Assembly: GCA_018238545.1 (NCBI GenBank)
Contig: JABCTC010000035.1
Coordinates: 1-35,270 of the forward strand
Direction: 5' to 3'
Length of the DNA stretch: 35,270 bases
From: Candidatus Heimdallarchaeota archaeon
GTDB taxonomy: Archaea > Asgardarchaeota > Heimdallarchaeia > Heimdallarchaeales > Heimdallarchaeaceae
Both the position numbers and the translations under genes were made by a program. Shown piece after piece: positions 1-9,811 of the stretch; position 1 is the first letter of the stretch, and every line of letters begins with the position of its first letter. The notes under the pieces are model-generated. The model saw only the letters and a list, made by a program, of their open reading frames with translations, made no database searches and was not told the DNA's origin.

Positions 1-564
1 GATTTCCACACGCTGGTTGTTACCGGCGATGGAGACGCAAGTGCAATCGGTGGAAACCATTTCATCCATGCATGCCGCAGGAATATCGATATAACATGCA
101 TTCTCATCAACAACCAGATATACGGCATGACATCCGGCCAGGTGAGCCCCGCGACAGGTTACGGCAAAATTGCAAGTTCGGCCCCGTACGGCAGCGTTGA
201 ACACAGTTTCGACCTCAGCGAGTTGGCGTTGGCCGCCGGTGCCAGTTATGTTGCGCGCTCCACTGTTTATCACGTCGAAATGCTGCCAAAGCTTATCCAG
301 GGCGGATTCGAGCACAAGGGGTTTGCATTCATCGAAATCCTTGCCGCCTGCCCCACATATTTCGGTAAATTCAACAAGATGGGAACCGCGGTCGATATGT
401 TCAACTGGTACAGAGACATAGCTATCAACATCAAGAAAGTAGATGCCTGTGAGGCGGTTCCCGAGGGTAAAGTCACCATCGGACTGCTTCACCAGAAAGA
501 AAAGCCGGAGTACATTGAAGAGTACGATAAAATGGTAAAGAGGGCCAAGGGCCAACAGAATTAA
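1..564 (+). CDS. korB: 2-oxoacid:ferredoxin oxidoreductase beta subunit (5'-partial; reading frame open from base 1)
   Basis: Frame from base 1 reads DFHTLVVTGDGDASAIGGNHFIHACRRNIDITCILINNQIYGMTSGQVSPAT: TPP-binding GDG...NN motif plus YGMT.GQ.SP and CPTY. Visibly more GC-rich than the rest of the window. Confidence 0.92.
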   Translation, partial: DFHTLVVTGDGDASAIGGNHFIHACRRNIDITCILINNQIYGMTSGQVSPATGYGKIASSAPYGSVEHSFDLSELALAAGASYVARSTVYHVEMLPKLIQGGFEHKGFAFIEILAACPTYFGKFNKMGTAVDMFNWYRDIAINIKKVDACEAVPEGKVTIGLLHQKEKPEYIEEYDKMVKRAKGQQN

Positions 565-717
565 CATGAAAAAGCTCAAGAGATATTGAAACGAAGAAGT
601 AGTGCTCATGGAAGAAAATCAATAGCAGAAAAATATAGTCGTAAATATCCTTTTAGTAGTATATGTAAATGTGCATATTGTGGATCAATATTAATAAGAA
701 GAACATTACTGAGCTAA
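565..717 (+). pseudogene. Fragment of a large serine recombinase (end of recombinase domain and start of zinc ribbon)
   Basis: Translates to HEKAQEILKRRSSAHGRKSIAEKYSRKYPFSSICKCAYCGSILIRRTLLS*, matching the 'KAQEIL..R...KY.FS.....C..CG..L.RR' pattern of LSR zinc-ribbon regions. No start codon; truncated at both ends. Confidence 0.65.
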
Positions 718-750
718 TTATTAGTTTATTGTATACTAACCAGAAATAGT

Positions 751-762
751 AACGTTTAAATT
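751..762 (+). promoter_or_regulatory. Archaeal TATA box for SRP RNA
   Basis: TTTAAA at 755-760, about 27 nt upstream of the 5' end of the SRP terminal stem. Confidence 0.55.
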
Positions 763-786
763 AGTTCCACATCCTTTTGCTATTAC

Positions 787-1128
787 TAGAGGCTGAGCCG
801 ATAGCAACGACTATAACCGGGGACCTAGGGCGTCCTTATACCAGAAGTGCTCTATATGCTGGGGTGAAGACTGATGCTGAGGCTTAGTAATGGTTGATAC
901 GCCTCGCTTGGAAAGCGTCGAAGCATCGACCCATGGGATTGCATATTTCGGAGACGATTTCGGAGGAAATCGTTAGAAAGGATAAGGTCAAAATGAGTCA
1001 GGCACGGAAGTGAGCAGCTCTAAGATCAATATGTGGTGCTTATGGCAATCGGTGTGGAGCCTAAGGGCAAGAAACGGCTTCCTGCGCTATGTCAAACTTC
1101 AGGTCGCTATGATTGGCTCAGTTGTCTA
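787..1128 (+). ncRNA. ffs: Archaeal SRP (7S) RNA, precursor including terminal stem
   Basis: Helix 8 GTCAGGCACGGAAGTGAGCAGC; helix 6 ACGATTTC-GGAG-GAAATCGT; Alu domain with helix 3/4 loop complementarity TAGGGC/GCTCTA; helix 5 pairing TGCATATT/AATATGTG and CCATGGG/CTTATGG; terminal stem 787-812 with 1102-1128, followed by a T-tract. Confidence 0.95.
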
Positions 1129-1217
1129 CTATTTTTCCACTAACCTATTGATTGCTGAACAGCTGTTGTCAACAGAGAAATGGTCATAAAAGAAAAAAAG
1201 TGAAAAAGATTATTTGA

Positions 1218-1802
1218 TTAATATTGTTCACAAAGAACTTCGAAATAGTTGTGTGGGTGAGAGCAACAGGGACATGTGTGTGGAGGTTCTTCTCCTTCAT
1301 GTACATAACCACATTTACGGCATACCCATTTAACTTTCTCTTCTTTCTTGAAAACTGTCTTGCCTTCTACTTGCTCTAACAGTTTTTTGTAACGTTCTTC
1401 ATGATGAACTTCAGCTTTTCCTATAGCTCTAAGTCTATCTGCAACTTTAGGAAAACCTTCTTTTTCTGCTATATCAGCAAATTCAGGATACATTATAGTA
1501 TACTCATAATTCTCTCCAGCTATAGCGGCTTTCAGATTTGTTATTGTATCGTCCATAACTAGAGGTGCTTCAGCTTCAACATGTAGGGCTTCCTCTTTAT
1601 GTTTTAGTTTCTTTCTAACTTGTTTCAGCATTTGGAAGTTCCATTTTGCGTGCTCTCTTTCATTGTCTGCTGTAACTAGAAAAATATCTGCTATTTGTTC
1701 ATATCCTTCTTTTTTAGCTACTTTTGCATACATTGTATAGCGGTTTCTTGCTTGGCTTTCACCGATGAAGGCCTTTGCTAGATTTTTTATTGTTTCACTC
1801 AT
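1218..1802 (-). CDS. rbr: Rubrerythrin
   Basis: [23 protein letters not shown] di-iron ligands; C-terminal rubredoxin-like WVCRKCGY...CPCC.HP. Confidence 0.95.
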   Translation of the reverse strand: MSETIKNLAKAFIGESQARNRYTMYAKVAKKEGYEQIADIFLVTADNEREHAKWNFQMLKQVRKKLKHKEEALHVEAEAPLVMDDTITNLKAAIAGENYEYTIMYPEFADIAEKEGFPKVADRLRAIGKAEVHHEERYKKLLEQVEGKTVFKKEEKVKWVCRKCGYVHEGEEPPHTCPCCSHPHNYFEVLCEQY

Positions 1803-1894
1803 CTTAAATCAGTCCTTACTCATGTGTGAATAGAGGTTTAAGCAACTTTTAAATTCTTATTAAAAATAGTTGTGATTGAAAAGTAAAATTGATT

Positions 1895-2827
1895 TTAGCT
1901 TTCAAGTAGTTGCTTTAACCAACAAGTTTTACATAGTTTCCCGGTGGTTGCGTTTCCACACTCTTCACAATTTTTTATCTCTTGGCTTGTTTTAGTTTCT
2001 TTCATAAGCGCCAATAATTTATCCTGACCGCGAACAATATTATAACAGAGCATTGGTTGTTTTTCTTGTGTTTTGAATATAAATTCTCTTACTTCCCCTC
2101 GATAAGCTTCAACCGCATATGGACACTGAATCTCTTGATATTCAAGCTCATTAACAATACAATACATGACAATTTCTGCTTGTGGTGTGGATCGAAAAGG
2201 TTTTGCTCTTGGAACTAGAGTTTCATGTATTTTTCTTGGTGTTGGATTTAATCTAGCTAGTCTTTGTATGTCTCCTCTTATGATATTAAGAAGTATAGTT
2301 TCAGCCTCATCTTCAAGATTATGGGCAGTGATTAGAACATCAGCATTGACTTCCAGTGCTGCTTTATTTAGCACATTACGTCTCAGAATACCACAATAAG
2401 AACATGCTCCAAGTTCTCTCTTTTTTCCACGAGGACCTAGTTTTTCTATTATATCATCTAAATCAAAACCAAAATCCTTTTCGAAAGAGTATACAACATG
2501 TTCGATTCCAAGTCGGTCAGCATGTAACTTTGCAAAATGTAACCCTTCGTCTCTATAATGTTTGATCCCTTCATCAATAGTGATGGCAACTAGTTCACTC
2601 TCAGGAAAATCCTTTTCGATTTTATGTAAGATGTCTAATAAAGCGGTACTATCCTTTCCTCCTGAAACACCTATGGCAATTCTATCACCACGACGCAATA
2701 GTTTGTATTTGGTTATTGTCTTTTGCACTCTCTTTCGCATTTGTTCATTGAAATGTTTATGACATAGGGATAGTTTATCATAAGGACGAACATACAATGC
2801 TTGGTTATCACATAAAGAACACTTCAT
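1895..2827 (-). CDS. ncsA: tRNA 2-thiolation protein (NcsA/Ncs6/TtuA family)
   Basis: N- and C-terminal Zn fingers, PP-loop SGGKDS, CSYCGILRR, AHNLEDEAET, CPY. Confidence 0.9.
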   Translation of the reverse strand: MKCSLCDNQALYVRPYDKLSLCHKHFNEQMRKRVQKTITKYKLLRRGDRIAIGVSGGKDSTALLDILHKIEKDFPESELVAITIDEGIKHYRDEGLHFAKLHADRLGIEHVVYSFEKDFGFDLDDIIEKLGPRGKKRELGACSYCGILRRNVLNKAALEVNADVLITAHNLEDEAETILLNIIRGDIQRLARLNPTPRKIHETLVPRAKPFRSTPQAEIVMYCIVNELEYQEIQCPYAVEAYRGEVREFIFKTQEKQPMLCYNIVRGQDKLLALMKETKTSQEIKNCEECGNATTGKLCKTCWLKQLLES

Positions 2828-2837
2828 TTTGTCACCA

Positions 2838-4034
2838 CTAGAACTTTACCATTGATAAAACTAAATTAAGTATGATTATACAAATGAAGAACATTCTCAG
2901 AGTATTTAGTATTTTCTTATGCCGTGGATTAGCTTCATCTCCTTTCACATTCAAATACTCTTGTAGAATCTTATCACCATCTGTTATTCCTAAGGGCAAC
3001 ATGTTCATGAATACCGCCATTAAGCTCAGATTCAAACAATAGATTACTTCAATACTCCAGTAATATGGAAACCAAAGGGAAAGCCAATTTACCTTAGGAG
3101 GAAGGTAATCATATATTGTGATTCCCAAATATATTTTCTCACTGTTCACAGTTTGAGATGTTGGATCTGTTCGCGTTGGGATTAAAGAAACATTGTGCCC
3201 ATCCAGCAAAGAGAGATATAACAAGGTCGCATTAACGTATTGGTGTACAAAAACATTGTAATCTTGATTATTCTTGATTTTCATATATTCAATTTTGTTT
3301 GTGCTCTCATTGAAATTACCCATTTCTTGAATTACATCTCCTTTAATTAGATTAGAGATATCCGCAGGATATTCTTCATATATTTTTGTTACAATAACCC
3401 CGTCTGCACCAGAATAGCCAGCTGAAAGGATTACTGGAGTTAAGAGATAAAGTCCCAAGAAGAGAACAGACATTATTGCATTAATGGTCGAACCATTTAG
3501 TAGAACTTTAATTCGACTTTTTTTAGTTGCTTTGGCCATGCTTTCAATTACGAGTTCTACAAAAGCACCAAAGAAGATAAAAAATATAAAAATCCCAGAC
3601 GATTTTAGTTCAATTTCCTCTCTCTTAGCCATGACCGCATGACCTAATTCATGTGGTATGATAACAAAAAGGATTGGAATTATAAACAATAAGGATGTTT
3701 GAAAATCAACTGTAATTCCTGGAATAAGTAATTGCATTCCTAGTGCTCCGGGGACATCAAACAGTATTAGAAAAGGGTTCACCAGAAAATACACGACAAG
3801 AACAAGTACAATTAAACCAGTTAACACTTGTCCAATTCTATAAAGAACTTGCCAAAACTTCTTAAATTTCTCTCCAAGTTTGGACAATATTTTGTTAAAA
3901 AGCTCTGTTCTGAACATTACTCCAAAGGGATAAAAGTTAATTCCAAATCTTTCAAGTTTAAAGAAACTTCCAATGGTTGTTAGCAACATTAATGAAAGTA
4001 TAACAATGATTACAATTTGGAGTGTTGTTAACAT
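2838..4034 (-). CDS. Site-2 protease (peptidase M50) with PDZ-like insert
   Basis: HELGH zinc motif, GAFVE, NMLPLGITDG (NxxPxxxxDG), multiple TM segments, GVIVTKIYEEYPA...GDVI PDZ-like region. Confidence 0.9.
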   Translation of the reverse strand: MLTTLQIVIIVILSLMLLTTIGSFFKLERFGINFYPFGVMFRTELFNKILSKLGEKFKKFWQVLYRIGQVLTGLIVLVLVVYFLVNPFLILFDVPGALGMQLLIPGITVDFQTSLLFIIPILFVIIPHELGHAVMAKREEIELKSSGIFIFFIFFGAFVELVIESMAKATKKSRIKVLLNGSTINAIMSVLFLGLYLLTPVILSAGYSGADGVIVTKIYEEYPADISNLIKGDVIQEMGNFNESTNKIEYMKIKNNQDYNVFVHQYVNATLLYLSLLDGHNVSLIPTRTDPTSQTVNSEKIYLGITIYDYLPPKVNWLSLWFPYYWSIEVIYCLNLSLMAVFMNMLPLGITDGDKILQEYLNVKGDEANPRHKKILNTLRMFFICIIILNLVLSMVKF

Positions 4035-4142
4035 TACAATAAAGCCTAAACAAACTTGCTTTTACTTATTTCTATGTCTGTCCTAACCAAATTCTCTGTT
4101 CAAACTGATTCTTTTTAACGTCACGCTAGTTTTTTTCATTAG

Positions 4143-5252
4143 ATGAAAAGAATTACCAAATGGTACAGTAATAGAGTTAAAGGAACTATACCTAAAGGTT
4201 GCCAGTATTGTTCGTTAGGATCTAAATTGGTTCTTTTCATCACTGGTGAATGTGACTCTAATTGTTTTTATTGCCCTTTGACAAAGGAAAAGAGAAGTGA
4301 TGTGATATTTGCAAATGAAAGACAAATACATTCGTTTTCTGAAGCTTACGATGAAGCCGTGATGATAGCTGCGTTAGGTGCAGGAATCACTGGTGGTGAT
4401 CCTGCAACACATCTGAATCGGACGTTAGAATATTTATCAAAGTTGAAAGAGAGATTCGGTCAAGAATTTCATTGTCATCTTTATACCTCTTATCCTCTGT
4501 CATATGATAACTTGAAAGCATTACACTTAGCAGGGTTAGACGAAATCCGCTTTCATCCCCCTCGTCTGTTGCTGACAGAAGAGATGAAAAAATCCATTTC
4601 AGATGCGAAATCACTTTCATGGGATGTTGGGTTTGAAATTCCAGTAATCCCTGATAAACACGAAGCGATACAAAACATAATTGAATTTGCTGAAAAAGCA
4701 AATCTCGATTTTGTTAATCTCAATGAGTTAGAGATAACAGAAGAGAACTTGTTAAAACTAAGTAAACTGGGTTATCATACTAAAACAAATCTTAGTGTTG
4801 CTGTTAAAGGCAGTGAAGAATTAGCCCTTAAGATTTTGAGAAATAATCGAAAAAAACGAATAACCTTACACTATTGTTCATCCAGCTATAAGGACAATAT
4901 TCAGTTACGTAATAGACTTAAGCGAAGAGCTAAGCGTTATGCACTTTCTTCTGACGAAATCACTGACGATGGCTTAATTGTGAGAGCTCGGATAATTGTT
5001 AAAAAAGTAAAACCCTTACTTAACATCAAGGATGCGTTGGTTAATGATTTTAAAATTCCTGAAAAATTAGTTAATGTAGATGAGAAAAATAAAATGGTAT
5101 TAACAAATTGGATGCTAGCGAAAAAATATGCTTCTGCTTTGGTAAATAAATTTCCTTATGAAATATCCGCCATTCAAATTATTCATCAATATCCTCATGA
5201 AAATGGTATCATAACGTATTTGGATCCTATTTTTGAAGAAGGAAATAATTAA
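4143..5252 (+). CDS. Conserved archaeal radical SAM protein (COG2108-like)
   Basis: PKGCQYC, LFITGECDSNCFYCPL (CxxxCxxC), GITGGDP, LDEIRFHP. Confidence 0.85.
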   Translation: MKRITKWYSNRVKGTIPKGCQYCSLGSKLVLFITGECDSNCFYCPLTKEKRSDVIFANERQIHSFSEAYDEAVMIAALGAGITGGDPATHLNRTLEYLSKLKERFGQEFHCHLYTSYPLSYDNLKALHLAGLDEIRFHPPRLLLTEEMKKSISDAKSLSWDVGFEIPVIPDKHEAIQNIIEFAEKANLDFVNLNELEITEENLLKLSKLGYHTKTNLSVAVKGSEELALKILRNNRKKRITLHYCSSSYKDNIQLRNRLKRRAKRYALSSDEITDDGLIVRARIIVKKVKPLLNIKDALVNDFKIPEKLVNVDEKNKMVLTNWMLAKKYASALVNKFPYEISAIQIIHQYPHENGIITYLDPIFEEGNN

Positions 5253-6337
5253 TCACGTATTGCAAAACGAAGCAGAGCAGCTATCCCTCCAAGTTTTGAA
5301 AGTTGCTCACCTGAATCGTGATACACAGACATCAATACTGTTTCTCCTCTCATTTCAGAGTTAGTATCTACTAAATTATCAATTTCGTTTCTCTTCTCTA
5401 AATCCTCGATACTTAATTGGTCATCACTGATTAATAGAGTTTCAACTGCTCCCATCATCAAAGCCTTTTTCACGTTTTCTAACCCATATGTTACATTACC
5501 TGTTTCTTTGCCAATACGCTTGAATACCTCTTCTAACAGCCTCATTTCATAAGCTACTCTTTGTTCCTTTGCTATTTTCTCAGGGAGTTTTTGTGACAAT
5601 ACTTCTTTTAATCCAACCCTTCCACCTGTACTAGAATGGACAAGGCTTGTTTTTGCTGCAAGTTTTGGATCTCGATTTTTTAGGTATTCTAAGAAATTTC
5701 CAGGCGTAAAACCAGGTCCTGCTAGAACAATTGTTTGTGGTGTGTATTGGAGAACCGTGTCCTGTAATATTTGAAGAACCTCATTGAAAAATAATCCCAT
5801 CTCGCTTGAATGTTGTTTAACATCGCTAAATTTTCTTGTCACCGACGGGCTAAATTCAGAAATAATTTTTATAGAAAACTGTGTAACTAATGCAATACAA
5901 GCACTATTGTCTTCTATTGTAATTACTAAAATTTGAGCTAACATTGAAGATTTCTCTACCTCATCTAGTATCTTTCTTTCCATGGCTTTCCATTCTAATT
6001 TGGTGATTAACACTTTATCCAGAAGTGACAAGGCGATGGTATGATATGTTCCTAAAGAAATCAAATCTTCAGGACCACTGATTACTTTTCCTTTAACTCG
6101 CAAATTGTCACCAAACCCGTGAAAAGCAAATTCTTCTACATCTATCTCAAGAACCATTTTTACACGCTCACCAGAATCAGGTCTAGAATCCTCGTCCTTT
6201 CTTCTTATTCTCCGAGATGTCGATGCCTTTACTTTGTCACCAGGCTTAAGAACACGGTAAATTGCATAAATATCACCTACATTTTCAGGGATAAGTTCGA
6301 TGAATCCATGTTTGTAATCTTTATTGAGAATCTTCAT
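5249..6337 (-). CDS. pelA: mRNA surveillance protein Pelota
   Basis: N-terminal Sm-like domain (LRVKGKV...GTYHTI), LAGPGFT, YG...V.KAL.MGAVETLLISD, GEQL..LGGIAALLRF. Confidence 0.95.
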   Translation of the reverse strand: MKILNKDYKHGFIELIPENVGDIYAIYRVLKPGDKVKASTSRRIRRKDEDSRPDSGERVKMVLEIDVEEFAFHGFGDNLRVKGKVISGPEDLISLGTYHTIALSLLDKVLITKLEWKAMERKILDEVEKSSMLAQILVITIEDNSACIALVTQFSIKIISEFSPSVTRKFSDVKQHSSEMGLFFNEVLQILQDTVLQYTPQTIVLAGPGFTPGNFLEYLKNRDPKLAAKTSLVHSSTGGRVGLKEVLSQKLPEKIAKEQRVAYEMRLLEEVFKRIGKETGNVTYGLENVKKALMMGAVETLLISDDQLSIEDLEKRNEIDNLVDTNSEMRGETVLMSVYHDSGEQLSKLGGIAALLRFAIRD

Positions 6338-6375
6338 TAGATTGCACCATTAATTGTTTTGAAATCTTCAATATC

Positions 6376-6807
6376 TTATTTTTGTGTTTCCTTTTCGTTT
6401 ATCAGAGTGAAAAAATCTATGCCATTTTCTTTCAAGTCATTAATATTAACACGATAACTATCTCCACTGCTTTGGGTGAGGCCATCAGGAACTGATAGAT
6501 AAAGGAAGTCCATTCTTTTTCCAACAAATTTTACTGCTAAATAAGGTTGTCCTCCAATTCTTTTAGCAAATTCCATTAGACCTTCAATTTGATACTTTTG
6601 GACGTAAAATGTATTTTGTCTACTTGTCTTTATTTCTAATGCTAGCATCAATCCTTTTTCAGCTGATCCTGCTAACACATCCGGTCTAGGCATAAGACTC
6701 GTTCCTGAGGAAGAAGGTGCTCGCATAACTGCAAACCCATATTCCCAGAATTTATTTACTATTTTTCGCTCATAATCAGCTGCTAATTTCTTACTCAAGT
6801 TGAACAA
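6376..6807 (-). CDS. hjc: Holliday junction resolvase Hjc
   Basis: YERKIV...GFAVMRAPSS...PDVLAG...ALEIKT (PD-(D/E)xK), QIEGLMEFA..IGG.PYLAVKF. Confidence 0.9.
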   Translation of the reverse strand: MFNLSKKLAADYERKIVNKFWEYGFAVMRAPSSSGTSLMPRPDVLAGSAEKGLMLALEIKTSRQNTFYVQKYQIEGLMEFAKRIGGQPYLAVKFVGKRMDFLYLSVPDGLTQSSGDSYRVNINDLKENGIDFFTLINEKETQK

Positions 6808-6943
6808 CTCATTCAGTCTTCTCGTTGAATCTTATTCAAACTACTTTGTTTAAAAGTTTGTATCCTCAACAAATGGTCATTGAAAAAACTAAAAAAGCTT
6901 AAACGAAGATTATAACTAAGTCCCTAGGAGTCGCAAGAATTTC

Positions 6944-7387
6944 ATGAACCAAATACGACAAATGACGAAAAATGATATCCCCCAGGTTTATGAAATAGAG
7001 CGTAGAAGTTTTCCATATCCTTTTGGTGAAGTGTTAATAGGGAGTCTCTATTTCGGTGCCCCTGAGTTATGCTATGTTCTTGAACAAGATGGAAAAATGG
7101 TAGGTTTTCTTTTGGGTGGGTACACTCCTATACCTAGACAAGCTCACATATTATCTTTTGCTATTCTTGAAAATTTCAGAGGAGAAGGGTTAGGGAAAGG
7201 ATTGCTCATACATTTTTTGAATCAGTTAAAAAGTTTAGAACTCAGTAGTGTGAAATTAGAAGTTAATGTTGAAAATCAAAAAGCAATAGAATTGTATGAA
7301 TCCTTACAGTTTAAAATTGAATCAAGAATAAGAAAATACTATCAAGATAATAGTGATGCATACTCGATGGTAAGGAGAGAGGAATAA
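6944..7387 (+). CDS. rimI: N-terminal acetyltransferase, Ard1/RimI family (GNAT)
   Basis: IERRSFPYP, HILSFAI..FRGEGLG, LEVNVENQKAIELY, KYYQDNSDAYSM. Confidence 0.88.
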   Translation: MNQIRQMTKNDIPQVYEIERRSFPYPFGEVLIGSLYFGAPELCYVLEQDGKMVGFLLGGYTPIPRQAHILSFAILENFRGEGLGKGLLIHFLNQLKSLELSSVKLEVNVENQKAIELYESLQFKIESRIRKYYQDNSDAYSMVRREE

Positions 7388-7397
7388 AAAAAATCAA

Positions 7398-8834
7398 TTA
7401 TAAGGATTCTGCTGCTTCTTCATCTTTAATTCCCATAATTTGTTTATGTATATCTTTTGCAGCAACTTTTCCTGCACCCATTGCGGCTATTACAGTAGCA
7501 GCTCCGGTGGCTATATCTCCACCAGCATAGACTCTTTCTTTACTTGTTTTTCCTGTACTTCTATCTGTAACAATAGTTCCCCAACGTGATAGTTCAAGAT
7601 CCGGCGTTGTGCGAGGAATAGTCGGATTTGGATCATTTCCTACAGCAATAACAACTACCTCACATTCAACGAGATGCTCAGAACCAGGTATTGGTATAGG
7701 TTTAGCTCTACCCGTTTCATCAGGTTCCCCAAGTTCATATTGAAGACATTCAACAGCTTTTACTCTTCCTAATTCATCACCAATAACTCTGACTGGATTG
7801 GTTAGAAATCGAAACTCAATGTCTTCTTCATCAGCGTGATGAATTTCTTCTTGTCTAGCAGGACATTCTTTCTTACTTCGACGGTAAACTATTATTGAAT
7901 GCTCTGCACCAAGACGTTTGGCTGTTCGAGCTGAATCCATTGCTACGTTACCCGCTCCAATAATCATAACTGTCTTCCCACGTTTGACTGGGGTTTTATA
8001 TTCGGGAAATTTGTAGCCTTTTAAGAGGTTCACGCGAGTAAGATATTCATTTGCACTATAAACATTGACTAGATTTATACCTGGGATATTGAGAAATCGT
8101 GGAGCACCCGCTCCTGAACCTACAAAAACTGCATCAAACTCATCCAGTAGTTCATCAACTGTCTTGTTGCTCCCTACAATATAGTTTAATTTAATTTCCA
8201 CACCAATTTTTTTAAGGAAGTCAATTTCATATTTTACGATACCTTTAGGAAGACGAAATTCGGGGATACCATAAATAAGAACTCCGCCTGGTGCGTGCAA
8301 AGCCTCATAAATAATTACTTTATGACCCATCAAAGCTAAATCTCCAGCACAAGTTAAACCTGCTGGACCTGCTCCAACAATTGCAACGGTTTTGCCTGTT
8401 GGGTCTGGAAGTTCAGGGACTTTTTCATCATGATTTCGAGCATAATCAGCTACAAATCGTTCTAAGTTACCAATTGCAACCGGTTGATGCCTTCTCCCCA
8501 TAACACATTTTGCTTCACATTGTGATTCTTGTGGACATACTCTACCGGTGACAGCTGGTAAACTATTCTTTGTTTTGATTAAAGCCGCTGCTTCAAGGAA
8601 CTTTTTCTCTTTTACCAGTGTAATAAAATCACGAATTGGTACTTCAACGGGACATCCACTAACACAAGGCTGATTTTTACATGTAAGACAACGTTGAGCT
8701 TCAAAAACTGCTTCGGCTTCATTGTAACCATAGGGTACCTCGTCAAAATTCTGAACACGATCTGCTGGTTCTTGACAGGGCATTGAGAGTTTGGTTCGAA
8801 TAAGTTGAGGTCGGGGTTTTCTTTGTGAACTCAT
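7398..8834 (-). CDS. nfnB: NADH-dependent ferredoxin:NADP+ oxidoreductase large subunit (NfnB/SudA, GltD-like)
   Basis: EAQRCLTCKNQPCVSGCPV, GRVCPQESQCE, GAGPAGL, YGIPEFRLPK, GAGNVAMD, GGDIATGAATVIAAMGAG; overlaps nfnA by 4 bp. Confidence 0.93.
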   Translation of the reverse strand: MSSQRKPRPQLIRTKLSMPCQEPADRVQNFDEVPYGYNEAEAVFEAQRCLTCKNQPCVSGCPVEVPIRDFITLVKEKKFLEAAALIKTKNSLPAVTGRVCPQESQCEAKCVMGRRHQPVAIGNLERFVADYARNHDEKVPELPDPTGKTVAIVGAGPAGLTCAGDLALMGHKVIIYEALHAPGGVLIYGIPEFRLPKGIVKYEIDFLKKIGVEIKLNYIVGSNKTVDELLDEFDAVFVGSGAGAPRFLNIPGINLVNVYSANEYLTRVNLLKGYKFPEYKTPVKRGKTVMIIGAGNVAMDSARTAKRLGAEHSIIVYRRSKKECPARQEEIHHADEEDIEFRFLTNPVRVIGDELGRVKAVECLQYELGEPDETGRAKPIPIPGSEHLVECEVVVIAVGNDPNPTIPRTTPDLELSRWGTIVTDRSTGKTSKERVYAGGDIATGAATVIAAMGAGKVAAKDIHKQIMGIKDEEAAESL

Positions 8835-9694
8835 TTCTTTTCACCTTTTTCATCACATTGGCATCCTTCACGATGCTTCTGATAGTGTTCCATAGCTTCT
8901 TTTTCTTCCTCTTTGTAACTAGATAATCGTGACAGTGTTTCTTCCCATTCGACTAAATGGGCATCGAAATCAGGTCCATCAACACAAGCGAATTTTGTTT
9001 CTCCCCCCACTGTTACTCGACATGCACCACACATACCAGTACCATCCAGCATTATAGTATTAAGACTCGCTATAGTTTTGAGGTTGAAAGGTTCTGTTAC
9101 TTTGGCAACAAATTTCATCATAATTGGAGGACCAACACAAAAAACTGTATCAATCTGTTGACCGCTTTCAATCATTTCTAATAATTGATCTGTAACAAAA
9201 CCTTGTCTTCCCTCTGAACCATCGTCTGTGCAGATGAATAATTCATCAGCAAAATCTCTAATTTCTTCAACATTGAACAGTAATTCTTTCTTCCTTGCTC
9301 CAACAATAACTTCAGTATGATTCCCTGCTTGTTTGTATGCCCTAGCAACTGGTGTTGCAATTGCAATACCTAACCCCCCACCAATTACTATAGTATTACC
9401 GGCATTTTCAACATGAGTTGGAATTCCTAAAGGTCCTACACAATCTCGTAAACTCTCCCCTTTTTGTAAATCTGACAACTCATAAGTACTCGCTCCAACT
9501 TTTTGAAAAATAACTGTTATCCATCCTTCATTTCCATCCCAATCTGCAATGGTTAAAGGAATCCTTTCGCCTTTGTCGTTTGAACGAATAATTACAAATT
9601 GTCCAGCTTTGCATACTCTAGCAACGTCTGGGGCGTCAATCTTAAACCAAACACTCTCTGGTGTTACATCCTTACGATCTATCAAAGTAAACAT
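8831..9694 (-). CDS. nfnA: NADH-dependent ferredoxin:NADP+ oxidoreductase small subunit (NfnA/SudB)
   Basis: GQFVIIR...GERIPLTIAD, GPLG, GGGLG, MLDGTGMCGACRV...KFACVDGPDF (Asp-ligated 2Fe-2S). Confidence 0.93.
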   Translation of the reverse strand: MFTLIDRKDVTPESVWFKIDAPDVARVCKAGQFVIIRSNDKGERIPLTIADWDGNEGWITVIFQKVGASTYELSDLQKGESLRDCVGPLGIPTHVENAGNTIVIGGGLGIAIATPVARAYKQAGNHTEVIVGARKKELLFNVEEIRDFADELFICTDDGSEGRQGFVTDQLLEMIESGQQIDTVFCVGPPIMMKFVAKVTEPFNLKTIASLNTIMLDGTGMCGACRVTVGGETKFACVDGPDFDAHLVEWEETLSRLSSYKEEEKEAMEHYQKHREGCQCDEKGEKK

Positions 9695-9811
9695 TTTCGA
9701 TTCACTCTCTGATATTTTTCACGATAAGTACAAGCACTATCCGCTGTTTTCAATGATTTTTCTTCCTTATTTGAATAATTCCCTATAGACATCATTAAAG
9801 AGAATCCAATA

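Noticed and set aside
787-1128. Circularly permuted SRP gene as in Thermoproteus
   Set aside because: Alu, helix 5, helix 6 and helix 8 occur in the normal linear order.
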